The notes under the pieces are model-generated. The model was not told the DNA's origin. It was given only the letters and a program-made list of their open reading frames with translations, and ran no database searches. A stretch of 64,000 nt of DNA. Origin: an uncultured bacterium. Lineage in GTDB: Bacteria > Oederibacteriota > Oederibacteriia > Oederibacteriales > Oederibacteriaceae. Numbering within the stretch: position 1 is the stretch's first letter; every line of letters starts with the position of its first letter. Below, piece by piece: positions 28,694 through 42,556 of the stretch. The translations under genes and the position numbers were made by a program. The DNA is taken from the NCBI GenBank assembly GCA_965112635.1, contig OZ218778.1, positions 1,152,001 to 1,216,000 on the forward strand. Reading direction: 5' to 3'.

Positions 28694-28740
28694 ATGCCTG
28701 CAACCCTATTTTTTCACCAGAGAACCCCAAAGGAGTTACC

Positions 28741-29277
28741 ATGGAAACCACTAAGATTATGGACGAGAGCAGTTTACAGAGGACCATCACCCGCATGGCC
28801 CACGAGATGGTGGAGCGCAACAAGGGCGTCAAGGACATGGTTTTGGTGGGCATCCATACCCACGGTGTGTTCCTGGCCAGGAGATTGGCCGCTGAGATTG
28901 AAAAGATAGAAAAGACCAGCCTGCCTGTCGGGACTCTGGACATCAGTTTTTACCGCGACGACACTTCCAAGGTCATCAAGGCCGAAGTGCAAAAGACCGA
29001 CATCCCCTTTGACATCAACGACAAGCGGGTCATCCTGGTGGACGACGTGCTTTACACGGGCCGTTCCACCCGGGCCGGCCTGGACGCTTTGATCGACCTG
29101 GGACGGCCCAAGGTCATTCAGCTGGCGGTTCTCATTGACCGGGGGCACCGGGAACTGCCCATCCGCGCGGATTATGTGGGTAAGAACATCCCCACGGCCT
29201 ACCCGGAGGAGGTCAAAGTGCGGTTCAAGGACGCGGGCGAGGAAGAAGGAGTCTTTATCCAGAAAGGAAAGAGCTGA
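28741..29277 (+). CDS. pyrR: Bifunctional pyr regulator / uracil phosphoribosyltransferase
   Basis: [39 protein letters not shown]; AAGGAG RBS before ATG 28741. Confidence 0.96.
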   Translation: METTKIMDESSLQRTITRMAHEMVERNKGVKDMVLVGIHTHGVFLARRLAAEIEKIEKTSLPVGTLDISFYRDDTSKVIKAEVQKTDIPFDINDKRVILVDDVLYTGRSTRAGLDALIDLGRPKVIQLAVLIDRGHRELPIRADYVGKNIPTAYPEEVKVRFKDAGEEEGVFIQKGKS

Positions 29278-30269
29278 TGGAGTGGACCAGGAAAAATCTC
29301 TTGACGCTTGAGGAACTTTCCAGCGAAGAGATACAGCTCATTTTGGACACGGCCGAATCTTTCAAAGAGGTCACCCAGAGGGAGATCAAAAAAGTCCCCA
29401 CCCTGCGGGGCAAGACCATGGTCAACCTTTTCTACGAACCCAGCACCCGCACCCGGACCTCCTTTGAGCTGGCGGGCAAGAGATTATCCGCCGACGTCAT
29501 CAACATCGCGGTGCAATCGAGCAGCGTGGTCAAAGGCGAGACGCTTCTGGACACCGCGAGGACCTTGCTGGCCATGAACGTGGATATGATTATCATGCGG
29601 CATTCCTGCGCCGGAGCCCCTTATTTTCTGTCACAAAACGTGAAAGCTTCCATTATCAATGCCGGCGACGGCCGGCATGAGCATCCCACGCAGGGACTGC
29701 TTGACCTTTTTACCCTGAGGGAAAAAAAGAAAACCATCAAAGGTTTGAAAGTCGCCATCGTGGGCGATATCGCCCACAGCCGAGTGGCGCGCTCCAACAT
29801 GTGGGGCCTGTTAAAGATGGGCGCGGAGGTCAGGATGGTCGGGCCGGCCACCCTGGTGCCGGAGTGGATGAAAGATTTCGGGGTCAAGATATTCCACGAC
29901 CTTAAAAAAGGTTTGGAAGGCGTGGACGCGGTCAATGTCCTGCGCCTGCAGCTGGAGCGCCAGCAAAAAGGCCTGTTCCCGACCGTGCGAGAGTACGCCA
30001 AGCTCTACGGCATCAACTCCCGGGTCATGCAGGTGTGCCATCCGGATTGCGTGGTCCTGCATCCAGGGCCCATGAACAGGGGAGTGGAGATCTCCTCCGG
30101 GGTCGCGGACGCCCCTTATTCGGTCATCACCGAGCAGGTCACCAACGGCGTGGCGGTCAGGATGGCGGCCCTTTACCTCATCGGCGGGGGCCGGATCAGC
30201 GAGGAACAGTCCAGCGCAGCTCCGGCCGGCCAGAGCATCACCCAGCCTGCGGCAAAGGGGGTGGCCTGA
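29277..30269 (+). CDS. pyrB: Aspartate carbamoyltransferase
   Basis: [19 protein letters not shown]. Confidence 0.97.
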   Translation: MEWTRKNLLTLEELSSEEIQLILDTAESFKEVTQREIKKVPTLRGKTMVNLFYEPSTRTRTSFELAGKRLSADVINIAVQSSSVVKGETLLDTARTLLAMNVDMIIMRHSCAGAPYFLSQNVKASIINAGDGRHEHPTQGLLDLFTLREKKKTIKGLKVAIVGDIAHSRVARSNMWGLLKMGAEVRMVGPATLVPEWMKDFGVKIFHDLKKGLEGVDAVNVLRLQLERQQKGLFPTVREYAKLYGINSRVMQVCHPDCVVLHPGPMNRGVEISSGVADAPYSVITEQVTNGVAVRMAALYLIGGGRISEEQSSAAPAGQSITQPAAKGVA

Positions 30270-31561
30270 TGAAAATCCTCATCCAGCAAGCCAGGGTCAT
30301 TGACCCGTCCCAGAAGATCGACGGGGTGATGGACCTGCTCCTTGACCAGGGCAAGATCGTCAAGGTGGGAGGCCAGATCGCCGAGAATGGGGCCAAGATC
30401 CTCAAGGCCAAAGGACTGGTGGTTTGCCCCGGTTTGATCGATATGCACGTGCATTTACGCGAACCCGGTCAGGAGCACAAAGAGACCATTGCCAGCGGCA
30501 CCCGGGCGGCGGCCAACGGAGGGTTCACCTCGGTGGCCTGCATGCCCAACACCGACCCGGTCACGGACAACCAGTCCGTGGTGGAGTTCATCCTGTCCAA
30601 GGCTGAATTAGAGGGCGCGGTCCATGTATTCCCCATAGGTGCTATCACCAAAAAGTCCGAGGGAGAGGAGCTGGCCGAGATCGGCGAGCTCAAACAGGCC
30701 GGGGCCGTTGCCATTTCGGACGACGGCAAGCCGGTGATGAGCGCGGAGATCATGCGCCGGGCCATGCAATACGCCAAGATGTTCGACCTGGCCGTCATCG
30801 ACCACTGCGAGGACAAGACTCTGACCGTGGACGGGGTGATGAACGAGGGGGTTGTTTCCACCAAGCTGGGACTGCCGGGCATGCCCTCGGTGGCCGAGGA
30901 GATCATGGTCCGCAGGGACATCGCCCTGGCCCAGGCCACGGGCGCCAGGTTTCACGCGTGCCATGTGACCACCCGGGAGGCCGTAGAAGCCATCCGCCAG
31001 GCCAAAAAGCAGGGCATCAAGGTCACGGCAGAGACCGCCCCGCACTATTTCATCCTGGACCAGGAGGCTCTGCTGACCTATTCCACGTTCGCCAAGATGA
31101 ACCCGCCCTTGCGGACCAAGCAGGATGTCGAGGCTGTCCGGCAGGGTTTGGCGGACGGCACCATTGACAGCATCGCCACGGACCACGCGCCGCACAGCTC
31201 CCTGGACAAGGAGCTGGAGTTCCAGTACGCGGCCTTTGGCATCGTGGGTTTGGAGACCGCCTTGGCCTTATCGCTGACCTTTTTGGTCCAGCCGAAGATA
31301 TTGACCCTGAGCCAGCTCATAGAAAAATACACGACTGGCCCGGCGGGGATCCTCAACCTGGACCGAGGCACTCTGCGGCCTGGAGCGCCGGGGGATGTGA
31401 CGGTCTTTGACCCGGAGGCGGAGTGGGTCGTGGACAAGGAGAAATTTTTAAGCCGCAGCCGCAACACGCCCTTCCATGGCTGGAAGCTCAAAGGCAAGGT
31501 CATCCACACTATCGTGGACGGCGAGATGGTCATCGAGGACGGGGCGCTAAAGAAAGCTTAA
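30269..31561 (+). CDS. pyrC: Dihydroorotase
   Basis: DMHVHLREPG, KMNPPLR, IATDHAPH; ATG overlaps the pyrB stop (TGATG). Confidence 0.96.
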   Translation: MKILIQQARVIDPSQKIDGVMDLLLDQGKIVKVGGQIAENGAKILKAKGLVVCPGLIDMHVHLREPGQEHKETIASGTRAAANGGFTSVACMPNTDPVTDNQSVVEFILSKAELEGAVHVFPIGAITKKSEGEELAEIGELKQAGAVAISDDGKPVMSAEIMRRAMQYAKMFDLAVIDHCEDKTLTVDGVMNEGVVSTKLGLPGMPSVAEEIMVRRDIALAQATGARFHACHVTTREAVEAIRQAKKQGIKVTAETAPHYFILDQEALLTYSTFAKMNPPLRTKQDVEAVRQGLADGTIDSIATDHAPHSSLDKELEFQYAAFGIVGLETALALSLTFLVQPKILTLSQLIEKYTTGPAGILNLDRGTLRPGAPGDVTVFDPEAEWVVDKEKFLSRSRNTPFHGWKLKGKVIHTIVDGEMVIEDGALKKA

Positions 31562-31567
31562 GGTTCA

Positions 31568-31665
31568 CGTCAAACATGCTGTATGACGCAATCGCCTTCG
31601 CCCTCAAGGTGCGCGTCCATGAGGACGTGAGCGGGAACGCATTATCACAAAGGCGATTGAAGTTT
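31568..31665. repeat. Structured intergenic element in the pyr operon, copy 1 (copy 2 at 36986-37060)
   Basis: Small hairpin, then CAATCGCCTT...AAGGCGATTG stem enclosing GGGAACGCATTAT. Confidence 0.55.
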
Positions 31666-31691
31666 AAAATTTCAATAATCGGAGTGAGTGG

Positions 31692-32838
31692 TTGAAACAG
31701 AATAAAAAAGCAATACTGGTCCTGGAAGACGGCAGGCTGTTCGAGGGCCGTTCTTTCGGGGCAACAGGCGAAACCTACGGAGAAGTAGTTTTTAACACCA
31801 GCATCACGGGTTACCAGGAGATTTTGACCGACCCTTCCTATCATGGCCAGATCGTGACCATGACCTATACCCAGATAGGCAATTACGGCACCAATAGTCT
31901 GGACGAGGAGTCCACCAGGCCGTGGGTGGCCGGGTTCGTGGTCAAGGAATGTTCTTCCTGGACCAGCAATTACAGGGCCCAGGCCAGCCTGGACGATTAT
32001 CTTAAACAAAAGAAAATATGCGGTATCGAGGGCATTGATACGCGGGCCCTGACCCGTCATCTGCGGAGCCGTGGGGCCATGAAAGGCGCGCTTTCCACGG
32101 TCCTACTGGACCCCAAAAAGCTTTTAGCCAAGGTCAAGGCCTATCCCGGACTGGTGGGCAGGGACCTGGTCAAAGAGGTTACCTGCAAAAATCCCTACCC
32201 ATTCGACGAACCCCTGGTGGACCTGCATACCAGCCAGGAAGCCCAGCAGCTGCCCCTCCAGCCAGTTAGCCCCAAATTCCGGGTGGTGGTGGTGGACTGC
32301 GGGGTCAAAAAGAACATCTTGCGCGAACTGGTGAGCGCGGGATGCCAGGTCACTGTGGTGCCGGCCATGGCCACAGCTGAAAATATCCTGGGCAGCCATC
32401 CCGACGGCGTCATGCTTTCCAACGGCCCGGGCGACCCGGCCGCGGTCACCTATACCATCGCAACCGTACGGCAGCTCATCGGTAAAGTACCTATTTTCGG
32501 CATCTGCCTGGGCCAGCAGATCTTGGGGCTGGCCATGGGCGGCAAGACCTACAAGCTCAAGTTCGGCCACAGGGGCGCTAACCAGCCGGTCATGGACCTG
32601 ACCACCCGCAAGGTGGAGATCACCTCGCACAACCACGGCTTTGCCGTGGACCTGGATTCCTTGGCGGGCAAGGACGTCGAACTGACCCATATCAACCTCA
32701 ATGATAAATGCGTGGAAGGCTTTAGGCACAAGACCCTGCCGGTCTTTTGCGTGCAATACCACCCCGAAGCCTCGCCGGGCCCCCACGACGCATCCTACCT
32801 GTTCCAGAGGTTCATCGGCCTGATGAAGGGAGGCCGGC

Positions 32839-32846
<8 letters not shown>
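31692..32846 (+). CDS. carA: Carbamoyl-phosphate synthase small subunit
   Basis: GEVVFNT, GYQE..TDPSY, SNGPGDP, GICLG, QYHPE. Confidence 0.97.
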
Positions 32847-36081
<3,235 letters not shown>

Positions 36082-36136
36082 AAATCAGTAGAATAGGCGT
36101 TATTAAACAGATCGTTCAAAGAGAACGGGAGACATA

Positions 36137-36970
36137 GTGGAACTGACCGGAGAGGTCCTCACCAATCAAAAGATAACCCTGGATTTTTACCATATGAAAT
36201 TGAAAGTGCCGCGGGCTTTCCGGTCGGCCCGGCCGGGCCAGTTCCTCCACGCCCGGATCGATTTCCACGCCACAGATCCCCTGATGCGCCGCCCTATCTC
36301 CCTTTACCGCGTCCACAAACAGGGCAAGGACTGGCTGGCCGAGATCCTTTACCGGGCCGTGGGACACGGCACCGAGATCCTGTCCACCCTGAAACCCGGT
36401 GATTTGCTCAACTTTTTAGGGCCCCAGGGCAACGGTTATCAGGTCCGTTCGCAGGACAGGACCGCCATCATGGTCGCGGGCGGATACGGGGTAGGGCCGC
36501 TATATTTCCTCAGCGAAAGGCTGCTAAAGAGCAAGCGGAGCAGGGTCAAGGACATCCACGTGATCATCGGGGCGCGCAATAAGGAACACCTGCTGTGCGT
36601 CAAGGAGTTCCAGGACCTGGGCGTGCAAGTGCATGTCACCACCAATGACGGCAGTATGGGGCTCAAGGGCGTAGTCACGGACTATTTATCCAAGCTTTTG
36701 TCCTCCAAAAAACTCAAAAAAACAAAAACCTGCGTTTATGCTTGCGGGCCCGAGGCTATGCTCAAAAAAGTAGCTGAGGTGAGCGGAAAACATGAGGTGC
36801 TTTGCCAGATCTCCATGGAAGAGCGCATGGGCTGCAGCCTGGGGGTGTGCATGGGCTGTATTTGCAAGATAAAAAAAGACAGGCCGGCCAAAGGCAGCCT
36901 TCCTTACCGGTTCTTGAGGGTGTGCACCGATGGCCCGGTGTTTGAGGGGAGTAAAATAGAATTCGAATGA
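36137..36970 (+). CDS. pyrK: Dihydroorotate dehydrogenase electron transfer subunit
   Basis: RRPIS, GPQGNG, CGPE, EERMGCSLGVCMGC, CTDGPVF. Confidence 0.93.
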   Translation: MELTGEVLTNQKITLDFYHMKLKVPRAFRSARPGQFLHARIDFHATDPLMRRPISLYRVHKQGKDWLAEILYRAVGHGTEILSTLKPGDLLNFLGPQGNGYQVRSQDRTAIMVAGGYGVGPLYFLSERLLKSKRSRVKDIHVIIGARNKEHLLCVKEFQDLGVQVHVTTNDGSMGLKGVVTDYLSKLLSSKKLKKTKTCVYACGPEAMLKKVAEVSGKHEVLCQISMEERMGCSLGVCMGCICKIKKDRPAKGSLPYRFLRVCTDGPVFEGSKIEFE

Positions 36971-36985
36971 AGAAAAAAGTAAACT

Positions 36986-37060
36986 TCGAAAGGGCTTTTC
37001 GACGCGATCGAACCTGAAAGGGAACGCATAATTTGTAAAGCAGGTTCGATCGAAAGTTTT
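36986..37060. repeat. Structured intergenic element in the pyr operon, copy 2
   Basis: Small hairpin, then CGATCGAACCTG...CAGGTTCGATCG stem enclosing GGGAACGCATAAT. Confidence 0.55.
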
Positions 37061-37086
37061 GGTTAAATTTAAAGAAGGATAGATTC

Positions 37087-38067
37087 ATGAGAAAAAAGGT
37101 TAAAAAACTCAAAAAACAACTGATAGAAAATGTGGAGCAGGTGAGGCCTTACCTGGGCGTGAAGCTGGGCGGGGTCAATATGAAAAATCCCGTGATGGTG
37201 GCTTCCGGGACCTTTGGCTACGCCGAAGAGTTCTCCAAGCTGATGGATCTCAGCAAGCTGGGCGCTCTGGTGGTCAAATCCGTGACCCTCAAAGAGACCA
37301 TGGGTAACCCCGCTCCCCGGTTGTGGGAGACGCCTTCGGGCCTTTTGAACGCCATTGGCCTGCAGAATATCGGCGTCAAGAAATTCATCAAGGAAAAGAT
37401 GCCCTTTTTGAGGAAGCTGGACACGGCCATTATCGTCAATATCGCGGGCAAGTCTGTCCGGGAATATATTGAGTTGGCCGACCGATTGGACGATGTTCCC
37501 GGGATCGCCGGGCTGGAGCTCAATATTTCCTGTCCTAATGTCAAAGAAGGCATGTTCGCTTTTGGCAGCAACCCGCGGGCCACGCATGACCTGGTGTCCG
37601 GGGTGCGGCAGGTCACCGATCTGCCCCTCATCACCAAGCTGTCGCCCAATGTGACCGATGTGGCCATGATGGCCAAGGTCGCCGAGGAAGCCGGGACCAG
37701 CGTGATCTCGCTGGTCAACACCTTCCTGGCTATGGCCATTGACCCGGAAACGCGCAGGACCAAGCTGGCCAACGGGTTCGGGGGATTGTCCGGACCGGCC
37801 ATCCGGCCTATCGCGGTCAGGATGGTTTACCAGACCAAAAAAGTGGTCCGGGTCCCTGTGGTGGGCATGGGCGGTATCATGAACACTTCGGACGCTCTGG
37901 AGTTCATCCTGGCCGGAGCCAGCGCGGTGTCCATCGGCACGGCCAATTTCGTGGATCCCAAGGCCAGCCTCAAGATCATCAACGGCATTGAAGAGTATCT
38001 TATCCGGCACAACATGGCCGACTTCCATGACCTGGTCGGTAAGGTCATTTTCACCAGACGGGACTAG
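37087..38067 (+). CDS. pyrD: Dihydroorotate dehydrogenase (class 1B catalytic subunit)
   Basis: [37 protein letters not shown]. Confidence 0.96.
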   Translation: MRKKVKKLKKQLIENVEQVRPYLGVKLGGVNMKNPVMVASGTFGYAEEFSKLMDLSKLGALVVKSVTLKETMGNPAPRLWETPSGLLNAIGLQNIGVKKFIKEKMPFLRKLDTAIIVNIAGKSVREYIELADRLDDVPGIAGLELNISCPNVKEGMFAFGSNPRATHDLVSGVRQVTDLPLITKLSPNVTDVAMMAKVAEEAGTSVISLVNTFLAMAIDPETRRTKLANGFGGLSGPAIRPIAVRMVYQTKKVVRVPVVGMGGIMNTSDALEFILAGASAVSIGTANFVDPKASLKIINGIEEYLIRHNMADFHDLVGKVIFTRRD

Positions 38068-38069
38068 CC

Positions 38070-38462
38070 ATGAAGGCCTGGCCTTTTATTGTCCTCGGCC
38101 TTTGCCTGCTGCAGGGTTGCGCGTCGCTGTCCCAAAAGGTGGGGAACAGGGATTTTGCTCCGGAGGAGGGCCTGGCCTCCTGGTATGGCGCGGATAAGAG
38201 CCATATCATCGAGGACGGAGGGCCGACGGCCAGCGGCGAGCGTTATGACATGTATGACCTGACCGCGGCCCATAAGACCCTGCCTATGGGCACCATGGTC
38301 AAAGTGACCAACCTGGAGAACGGCAGGACCGTTATCGTGCGCATCAACGACCGCGGGCCTTATATCAAAGGCCGTATCATTGACCTGTCCCTCAAAGCCG
38401 CCCGCATCATCGGCATCGAGGGCAAGGGCACGGCCAAAGTCAGGATAGAGCCAGCGGGTTAA
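38070..38462 (+). CDS. rlpA: RlpA-family lipoprotein (DPBB domain only)
   Basis: Lipobox [32 protein letters not shown]. Confidence 0.9.
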   Translation: MKAWPFIVLGLCLLQGCASLSQKVGNRDFAPEEGLASWYGADKSHIIEDGGPTASGERYDMYDLTAAHKTLPMGTMVKVTNLENGRTVIVRINDRGPYIKGRIIDLSLKAARIIGIEGKGTAKVRIEPAG

Positions 38463-38474
38463 CAGAGGAGATAA

Positions 38475-39176
38475 ATGGATAACCGAGAAAGATTGATCGT
38501 GGCCCTGGATGTAGCGAGTCCAGACGAGGGGCTTGTTTGGGCCAATAAATTAAAGGGGAAAGTGGGCGTTTTTAAGGTCGGCCTGCAGCTTTTCACGGCA
38601 GGCGGGCCAAAGCTGGTCAAGGATATGCAGGCAACCGGAGCCAAAATATTTTTGGATCTGAAGTTTCACGATATCCCCAACACCGTGGCCAAGGCTGTGG
38701 AGCAGGCGGTTGCCTTAAAAGTAGAGATGGTCACCCTGCACACCAGCGGCGGGAGCGAGATGATGAAAGCCGCGGTGCAGGCTAGAGGTAAAGCTAAGAA
38801 ACCTTTGCTCCTGGGCGTCACTGTTTTGACCAGTTTGCATCCTGAAGTTCTCAAGCAGGAGCTGTTCGTCGCCCAATCTTTGCCAGACCAGGTGGTATCT
38901 CTGGCCAAACTGGCCCAGCAGTCCGGTCTGGACGGGGTGGTGGCCTCAGCGCAGGAAGCTTCGCTCATCCGACAGGCCTGCGGCAAGGAATTTTTGATAG
39001 TAACTCCTGGCATCCGTTTGCCGGAGAACAAAGTACAGGACCAGAAAAGAGTTCTAGGCCCCAAACAGGCGCTGGAAGCAGGGGCGGATTATCTGGTGGT
39101 CGGCCGACCCATTCTTGGTGTTGAAAACCCGGTGGCCGCGGCGGATAAGATGGTTGAAGAGATGAGCAAGAGTTAA
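38475..39176 (+). CDS. pyrF: Orotidine-5'-phosphate decarboxylase
   Basis: LIVALD, FLDLKFHDIPNTV, VTPGIR, VVGRPI. Confidence 0.97.
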   Translation: MDNRERLIVALDVASPDEGLVWANKLKGKVGVFKVGLQLFTAGGPKLVKDMQATGAKIFLDLKFHDIPNTVAKAVEQAVALKVEMVTLHTSGGSEMMKAAVQARGKAKKPLLLGVTVLTSLHPEVLKQELFVAQSLPDQVVSLAKLAQQSGLDGVVASAQEASLIRQACGKEFLIVTPGIRLPENKVQDQKRVLGPKQALEAGADYLVVGRPILGVENPVAAADKMVEEMSKS

Positions 39177-39185
39177 ATGGTAATC

Positions 39186-39256
39186 CGCCAGTCCTGTGGA
39201 CTGGCGAGATAACAGGCTGCTGAAGGACTGTTATTAGGTGAGGCAGCAGCCTATTA
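39186..39256. repeat. Double-hairpin miniature inverted-repeat element, copy 2
   Basis: CGCCAGTCC-TGT-GGACTGGCG then TAACAGGCTGCTG-AAGGACTGTTATTA...CAGCAGCCTATTA. Confidence 0.75.
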
Positions 39257-39267
39257 GGAGGATTTTG

Positions 39268-39840
39268 ATGACTTCAGAGCAGGTTTATGAGCTGCTGAAA
39301 AAGTGCGGGGCAATTTTAGAGGGGCATTTTCTGCTGACTTCGGGCAAGCACAGCGGGCTCTATGTGGAGAAATTCCGGGTCTTGCAGTATCCGGACTACA
39401 CAGAGAAGCTTTGTCAAGAGATAGCCCGCAGGTTCAAGGACGACAAGATAGAGGTGGTGGTCGGGCCCATGACCGGAGGCATTATCCTGTCCCATGTGAC
39501 GGCAAAGATACTGGGATGCCGTTCCATCTTTACCGAGCGGGAGAACGGCGTGATGGCCCTGCGCCGGGGCTTTGAGATCAAAGAAGGCGAGAGGGTGCTG
39601 GTGGTGGAGGACATTGTGACCACGGGCGGTTCGGTCGTGGAGGTCCTCAAGGCCATCGAGAAGTTCAAGCCCAACCTCATCGGAGTCGGGCTGCTGGTGG
39701 AACGCTCCAAAACGGACATCGATTTCGGCGTGCGCAAAGAGCCTCTGCTCAAACTGAGCATCGAGGCCTGGGAAAAGGGCGAGTGCCCCCTATGCGCCAA
39801 AGGAACTCCGGCCATCAAGCCGGGCAGCCGGTCGCTTTGA
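39268..39840 (+). CDS. pyrE: Orotate phosphoribosyltransferase
   Basis: GHFLLTSGKHS, VVEDIVTTGGS, KPGSR; AGGAGG RBS before ATG 39268. Confidence 0.95.
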   Translation: MTSEQVYELLKKCGAILEGHFLLTSGKHSGLYVEKFRVLQYPDYTEKLCQEIARRFKDDKIEVVVGPMTGGIILSHVTAKILGCRSIFTERENGVMALRRGFEIKEGERVLVVEDIVTTGGSVVEVLKAIEKFKPNLIGVGLLVERSKTDIDFGVRKEPLLKLSIEAWEKGECPLCAKGTPAIKPGSRSL

Positions 39841-39864
39841 CAACGCCGGGCCATTCGGTATAAT
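39837..39864 (+). promoter_or_regulatory. Consensus sigma70 promoter
   Basis: TTGACA-16 nt-TATAAT overlapping the pyrE stop. Confidence 0.7.
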
Positions 39865-39934
39865 TTAAAAAAAAGACGCACAGGAGAGTATTTTAAGTGG
39901 ACGCAGGCGGTTGTTGTTCCAGGTAGAAAATCTG

Positions 39935-39966
39935 ACCCGGTCTCCCTTGGGAAGACCGGGTTTTTT
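39935..39966 (+). terminator. Intrinsic terminator
   Basis: ACCCGGTCTCCC-TT-GGGAAGACCGGGT followed by a T run. Confidence 0.85.
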
Positions 39967-39989
39967 GCGGAATGGTGAAAGGAGAAAAG

Positions 39990-40706
39990 GTGGGCAGTTC
40001 AGCCGGAGACGGCGACGGGTCGAGTAAACCAAACGGATTCGTTGAAATAGCGGGAGTGCTGGTCCAGGAAAAAATCCTGAAGGAATCGTTCCAATGCGAC
40101 CCCCTGAAATACCGATGCCAGGCGGGCTGCTGCAGCCGGGGATGCCTGATGCACCCTCATGAGATCAAGAAGATCAGGCAGTACTGGGACACCATCAAAA
40201 AATACATCGAACCGGAGCGCCGGGCCTATACCCACCAGGAGGGAGACAAGACCTTTTTTGAGGAGTGCCGGCCCAACTGCCCGTGCGGGTTCATCCTGGG
40301 AGAGCACGAAACCCGCTACGTCAAGGCGCACGTGCCCAAAGGCGCCGCCCTGAGGACCTTTTGCACCCGCAACATCGGCCCCATGTGTTTTTTCGCCTAC
40401 CACAAGGATGGGGAGCAGTGGTGCGCGCTCCATTCGGCGGCCCTGGAGCTCAAGATCCCCCTGCAGGATATCAAACCTTTGGATTGCATTCAGTTCCCTC
40501 TGGCCGTCACCCATGAGCAGGATAAGACCCACCTGGTCTTCCAGGACACCAAGGAGTTCTGCGGCCTGCCCTGCGAGGGGAAGGAAAGCCCGGCAAAGAT
40601 GTTCGTCACGCTCAAGGACTCCATTGTCCTGCTCCTGGGGGAACAGTTCTACGCTGAGCTGGCCCGTTACGCCAAGCTAAAGGAGAAGCAAAGCATTGCC
40701 GCATAA
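39990..40706 (+). CDS. Cys-rich DUF3109-like (putative Zn/Fe-S) protein
   Basis: FQCD...CQAGCCSRG, CALHSAALE, KPLDCIQFPL; GTG 39990 has an AAGGAG RBS, whereas ATG 39972 has none. Confidence 0.7.
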   Translation: MGSSAGDGDGSSKPNGFVEIAGVLVQEKILKESFQCDPLKYRCQAGCCSRGCLMHPHEIKKIRQYWDTIKKYIEPERRAYTHQEGDKTFFEECRPNCPCGFILGEHETRYVKAHVPKGAALRTFCTRNIGPMCFFAYHKDGEQWCALHSAALELKIPLQDIKPLDCIQFPLAVTHEQDKTHLVFQDTKEFCGLPCEGKESPAKMFVTLKDSIVLLLGEQFYAELARYAKLKEKQSIAA

Positions 40707-41490
40707 TTCGCCGTTCTCGCTGAAATTTCTGGCTAGGGTCCGTAATACCGTAGGCCTTTTGCTCGTGTTCTGCCTGGCCGGAGAGGGGGTCGTCCCTGTT
40801 TACGCCGCCAAGGCCGCTGCCACGCCCACCCTGGAGTTCGAGGAAAATATCCAGACCCCTACGCCCCAGGCTGTCCTGACCGCGACCCCGGCGGACACCG
40901 CGACGCCCGTGCCCACGGCCACGCGGACCATGACGCCGGTGCCAGGAGTATCCAAGTCCGAGTTCCAGCAAGTCCGCAAAGAGGTGGACGAGCTTTCCGA
41001 CAAGATGCCCGACATGAAGACCAGGCTGGCCAAGCAGGAGGAGGCCGCCAAGGACCTGTCCCAGGCTTTGGACAGCCTCAAGGACAAGCTGGATAACCTG
41101 GATAAAAAGCTCGGCAGCCTCAGGGAGGACTGGCAAACGGCTGACGCGGGCAATGTCAAAAAGATGGACCTCAAGAACATGGAAGACCTGACCCGGGAGC
41201 TCAAGCAGAGCGCGGAGGCTTCCCAGACCAAGGTCAATGACTTTGAGAACGAGATCAAGAAGGACCAGGACCAGCTCAACGGCCTGAACGACATGGTCAC
41301 GGTCCTGCGCAAGGACAGCCAGGACAACGCCCTGGAAGTGGCCGGGGTGAAAAAGGACATGGAGGCCATCAAGAACCCGGCTCCGGCCAAATCCCCTGAA
41401 ATGACCGATATGCTCAACTGGCCCTACTGGGGCGTCACGGCCGCCGGCCTGGCGGTCGTGGCCATTGTCCTGGCCGTGACCGTCCATTGA
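40696..41490 (+). CDS. Exported coiled-coil protein with Pro/Thr linker and C-terminal membrane anchor
   Basis: Hydrophobic N-terminus ending VYA, PT-rich stretch, heptad K/E/D/L region, C-terminal transmembrane helix; start uncertain. Confidence 0.7.
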   Translation: MPHNSPFSLKFLARVRNTVGLLLVFCLAGEGVVPVYAAKAAATPTLEFEENIQTPTPQAVLTATPADTATPVPTATRTMTPVPGVSKSEFQQVRKEVDELSDKMPDMKTRLAKQEEAAKDLSQALDSLKDKLDNLDKKLGSLREDWQTADAGNVKKMDLKNMEDLTRELKQSAEASQTKVNDFENEIKKDQDQLNGLNDMVTVLRKDSQDNALEVAGVKKDMEAIKNPAPAKSPEMTDMLNWPYWGVTAAGLAVVAIVLAVTVH

Positions 41491-41540
41491 TTTTCCACCC
41501 GCTAAAAAACCGCTGAACAGAACCCCCCGGTGTTATACAA

Positions 41541-41682
41541 TAACCCTGCGAGAGTGCCACGGCCTTCCCAATTCGAAGATTAAAAAGAGTTTGGCCGTGG
41601 GTGAATCGCAGCCCGTAGTGAGCGTTAGCGAGCGTAGGGGTTACTTCGCATGCTCCCCTCCAATATTGCGGCGCATGCGAAG
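41541..41682. other. Multi-hairpin intergenic element upstream of mutM
   Basis: Stems CCACGGCC/GGCCGTGG, CTGCGA/TCGCAG and CTTCGCATGC/GCATGCGAAG. Confidence 0.45.
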
Positions 41683-41712
41683 GGAACAGAACCATAGACC
41701 ATAAGGAGCGAA

Positions 41713-42531
41713 ATGCCTGAATTACCCGAAGTTGAAGTCATCCGCAGGCAGGCCCACAAGGCCCTCGCGGGAAAGAAGATAGACAGGATCGAGGTTTACA
41801 CCCGGTCGCTCGTCCGCACGCCTTTGCCCGCGTTCAAAAGGTCCCTCAAGGGCGCCGTGGTCAAAAGCGTCAGCCGGAGGGCCAAGTACCTGCTTTTTGA
41901 GTTCGTCCAGCCCCTGGTCCTGCTGGTGCACCTCAAGATGACCGGCCAGCTGCTCTACAGCCCAACAAGGAAAAAAGACAAGCATACGCATGTCATCTTC
42001 AGGTTCAGCGACGGCACTTACCTGCATTATTCCGATGTCAGGAAATTCGGGTCTTTGTGGCTCTACAGCCAGGACAGCCTGGCCAAAGTGAAGGAGCTCA
42101 AAGCCCTGGGCCTGGAGCCTCTGGGCCCGGAGTGCAACTGGGACAAGTTCCAGGGAATGCTCTCCGAGAAAAAGGGCAGGATCAAGCCCCTCCTGATGGA
42201 CCAGAGCTTCATCAGCGGCATCGGCAACATCTATTCCGACGAGGTCCTGTTCCAGGCGCGGGTGCATCCCTTGCGAAAAGTGGAAAGCTTGAAACCCGGG
42301 GAATGCAAAGAGATCTTTCACGCCATCAAGGACAAGCTGGAGGAAGGGATACGGCGCGGAGGCAGTTCGGTGGACGATTACCGGGACCTTTTTGGGGATA
42401 AGGGGACCATGCAGGACCATCTCGAGGTCTACGGCCGCAAGGGCCAGAAATGCCTGCGCTGCGGCCTGGCCATCAAGACAGCCCGCTTGAGCGGCCGCAC
42501 CACCCATTTTTGCGACTACTGCCAGAAGTAG
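41713..42531 (+). CDS. mutM: Formamidopyrimidine-DNA glycosylase
   Basis: [24 protein letters not shown]-terminal zinc finger CLRC...FCDYCQ. Confidence 0.97.
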   Translation: MPELPEVEVIRRQAHKALAGKKIDRIEVYTRSLVRTPLPAFKRSLKGAVVKSVSRRAKYLLFEFVQPLVLLVHLKMTGQLLYSPTRKKDKHTHVIFRFSDGTYLHYSDVRKFGSLWLYSQDSLAKVKELKALGLEPLGPECNWDKFQGMLSEKKGRIKPLLMDQSFISGIGNIYSDEVLFQARVHPLRKVESLKPGECKEIFHAIKDKLEEGIRRGGSSVDDYRDLFGDKGTMQDHLEVYGRKGQKCLRCGLAIKTARLSGRTTHFCDYCQK

Positions 42532-42556
42532 TTATTCTGATCAAAGGAACTTTCCC

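Noticed and set aside
30035-30268. Apparent 78-aa N-terminal extension of PyrC; likewise upstream extensions at 28654, 39238, 61408, 9410 and 22025
   Set aside because: They overlap upstream genes or regulatory hairpins or lack an RBS. Downstream starts match the family N-termini and have an RBS or translational coupling.
39870-39935. T-box leader
   Set aside because: No GGTGGNACC T-box sequence, the region is too short, and the downstream gene is not related to amino acid metabolism.
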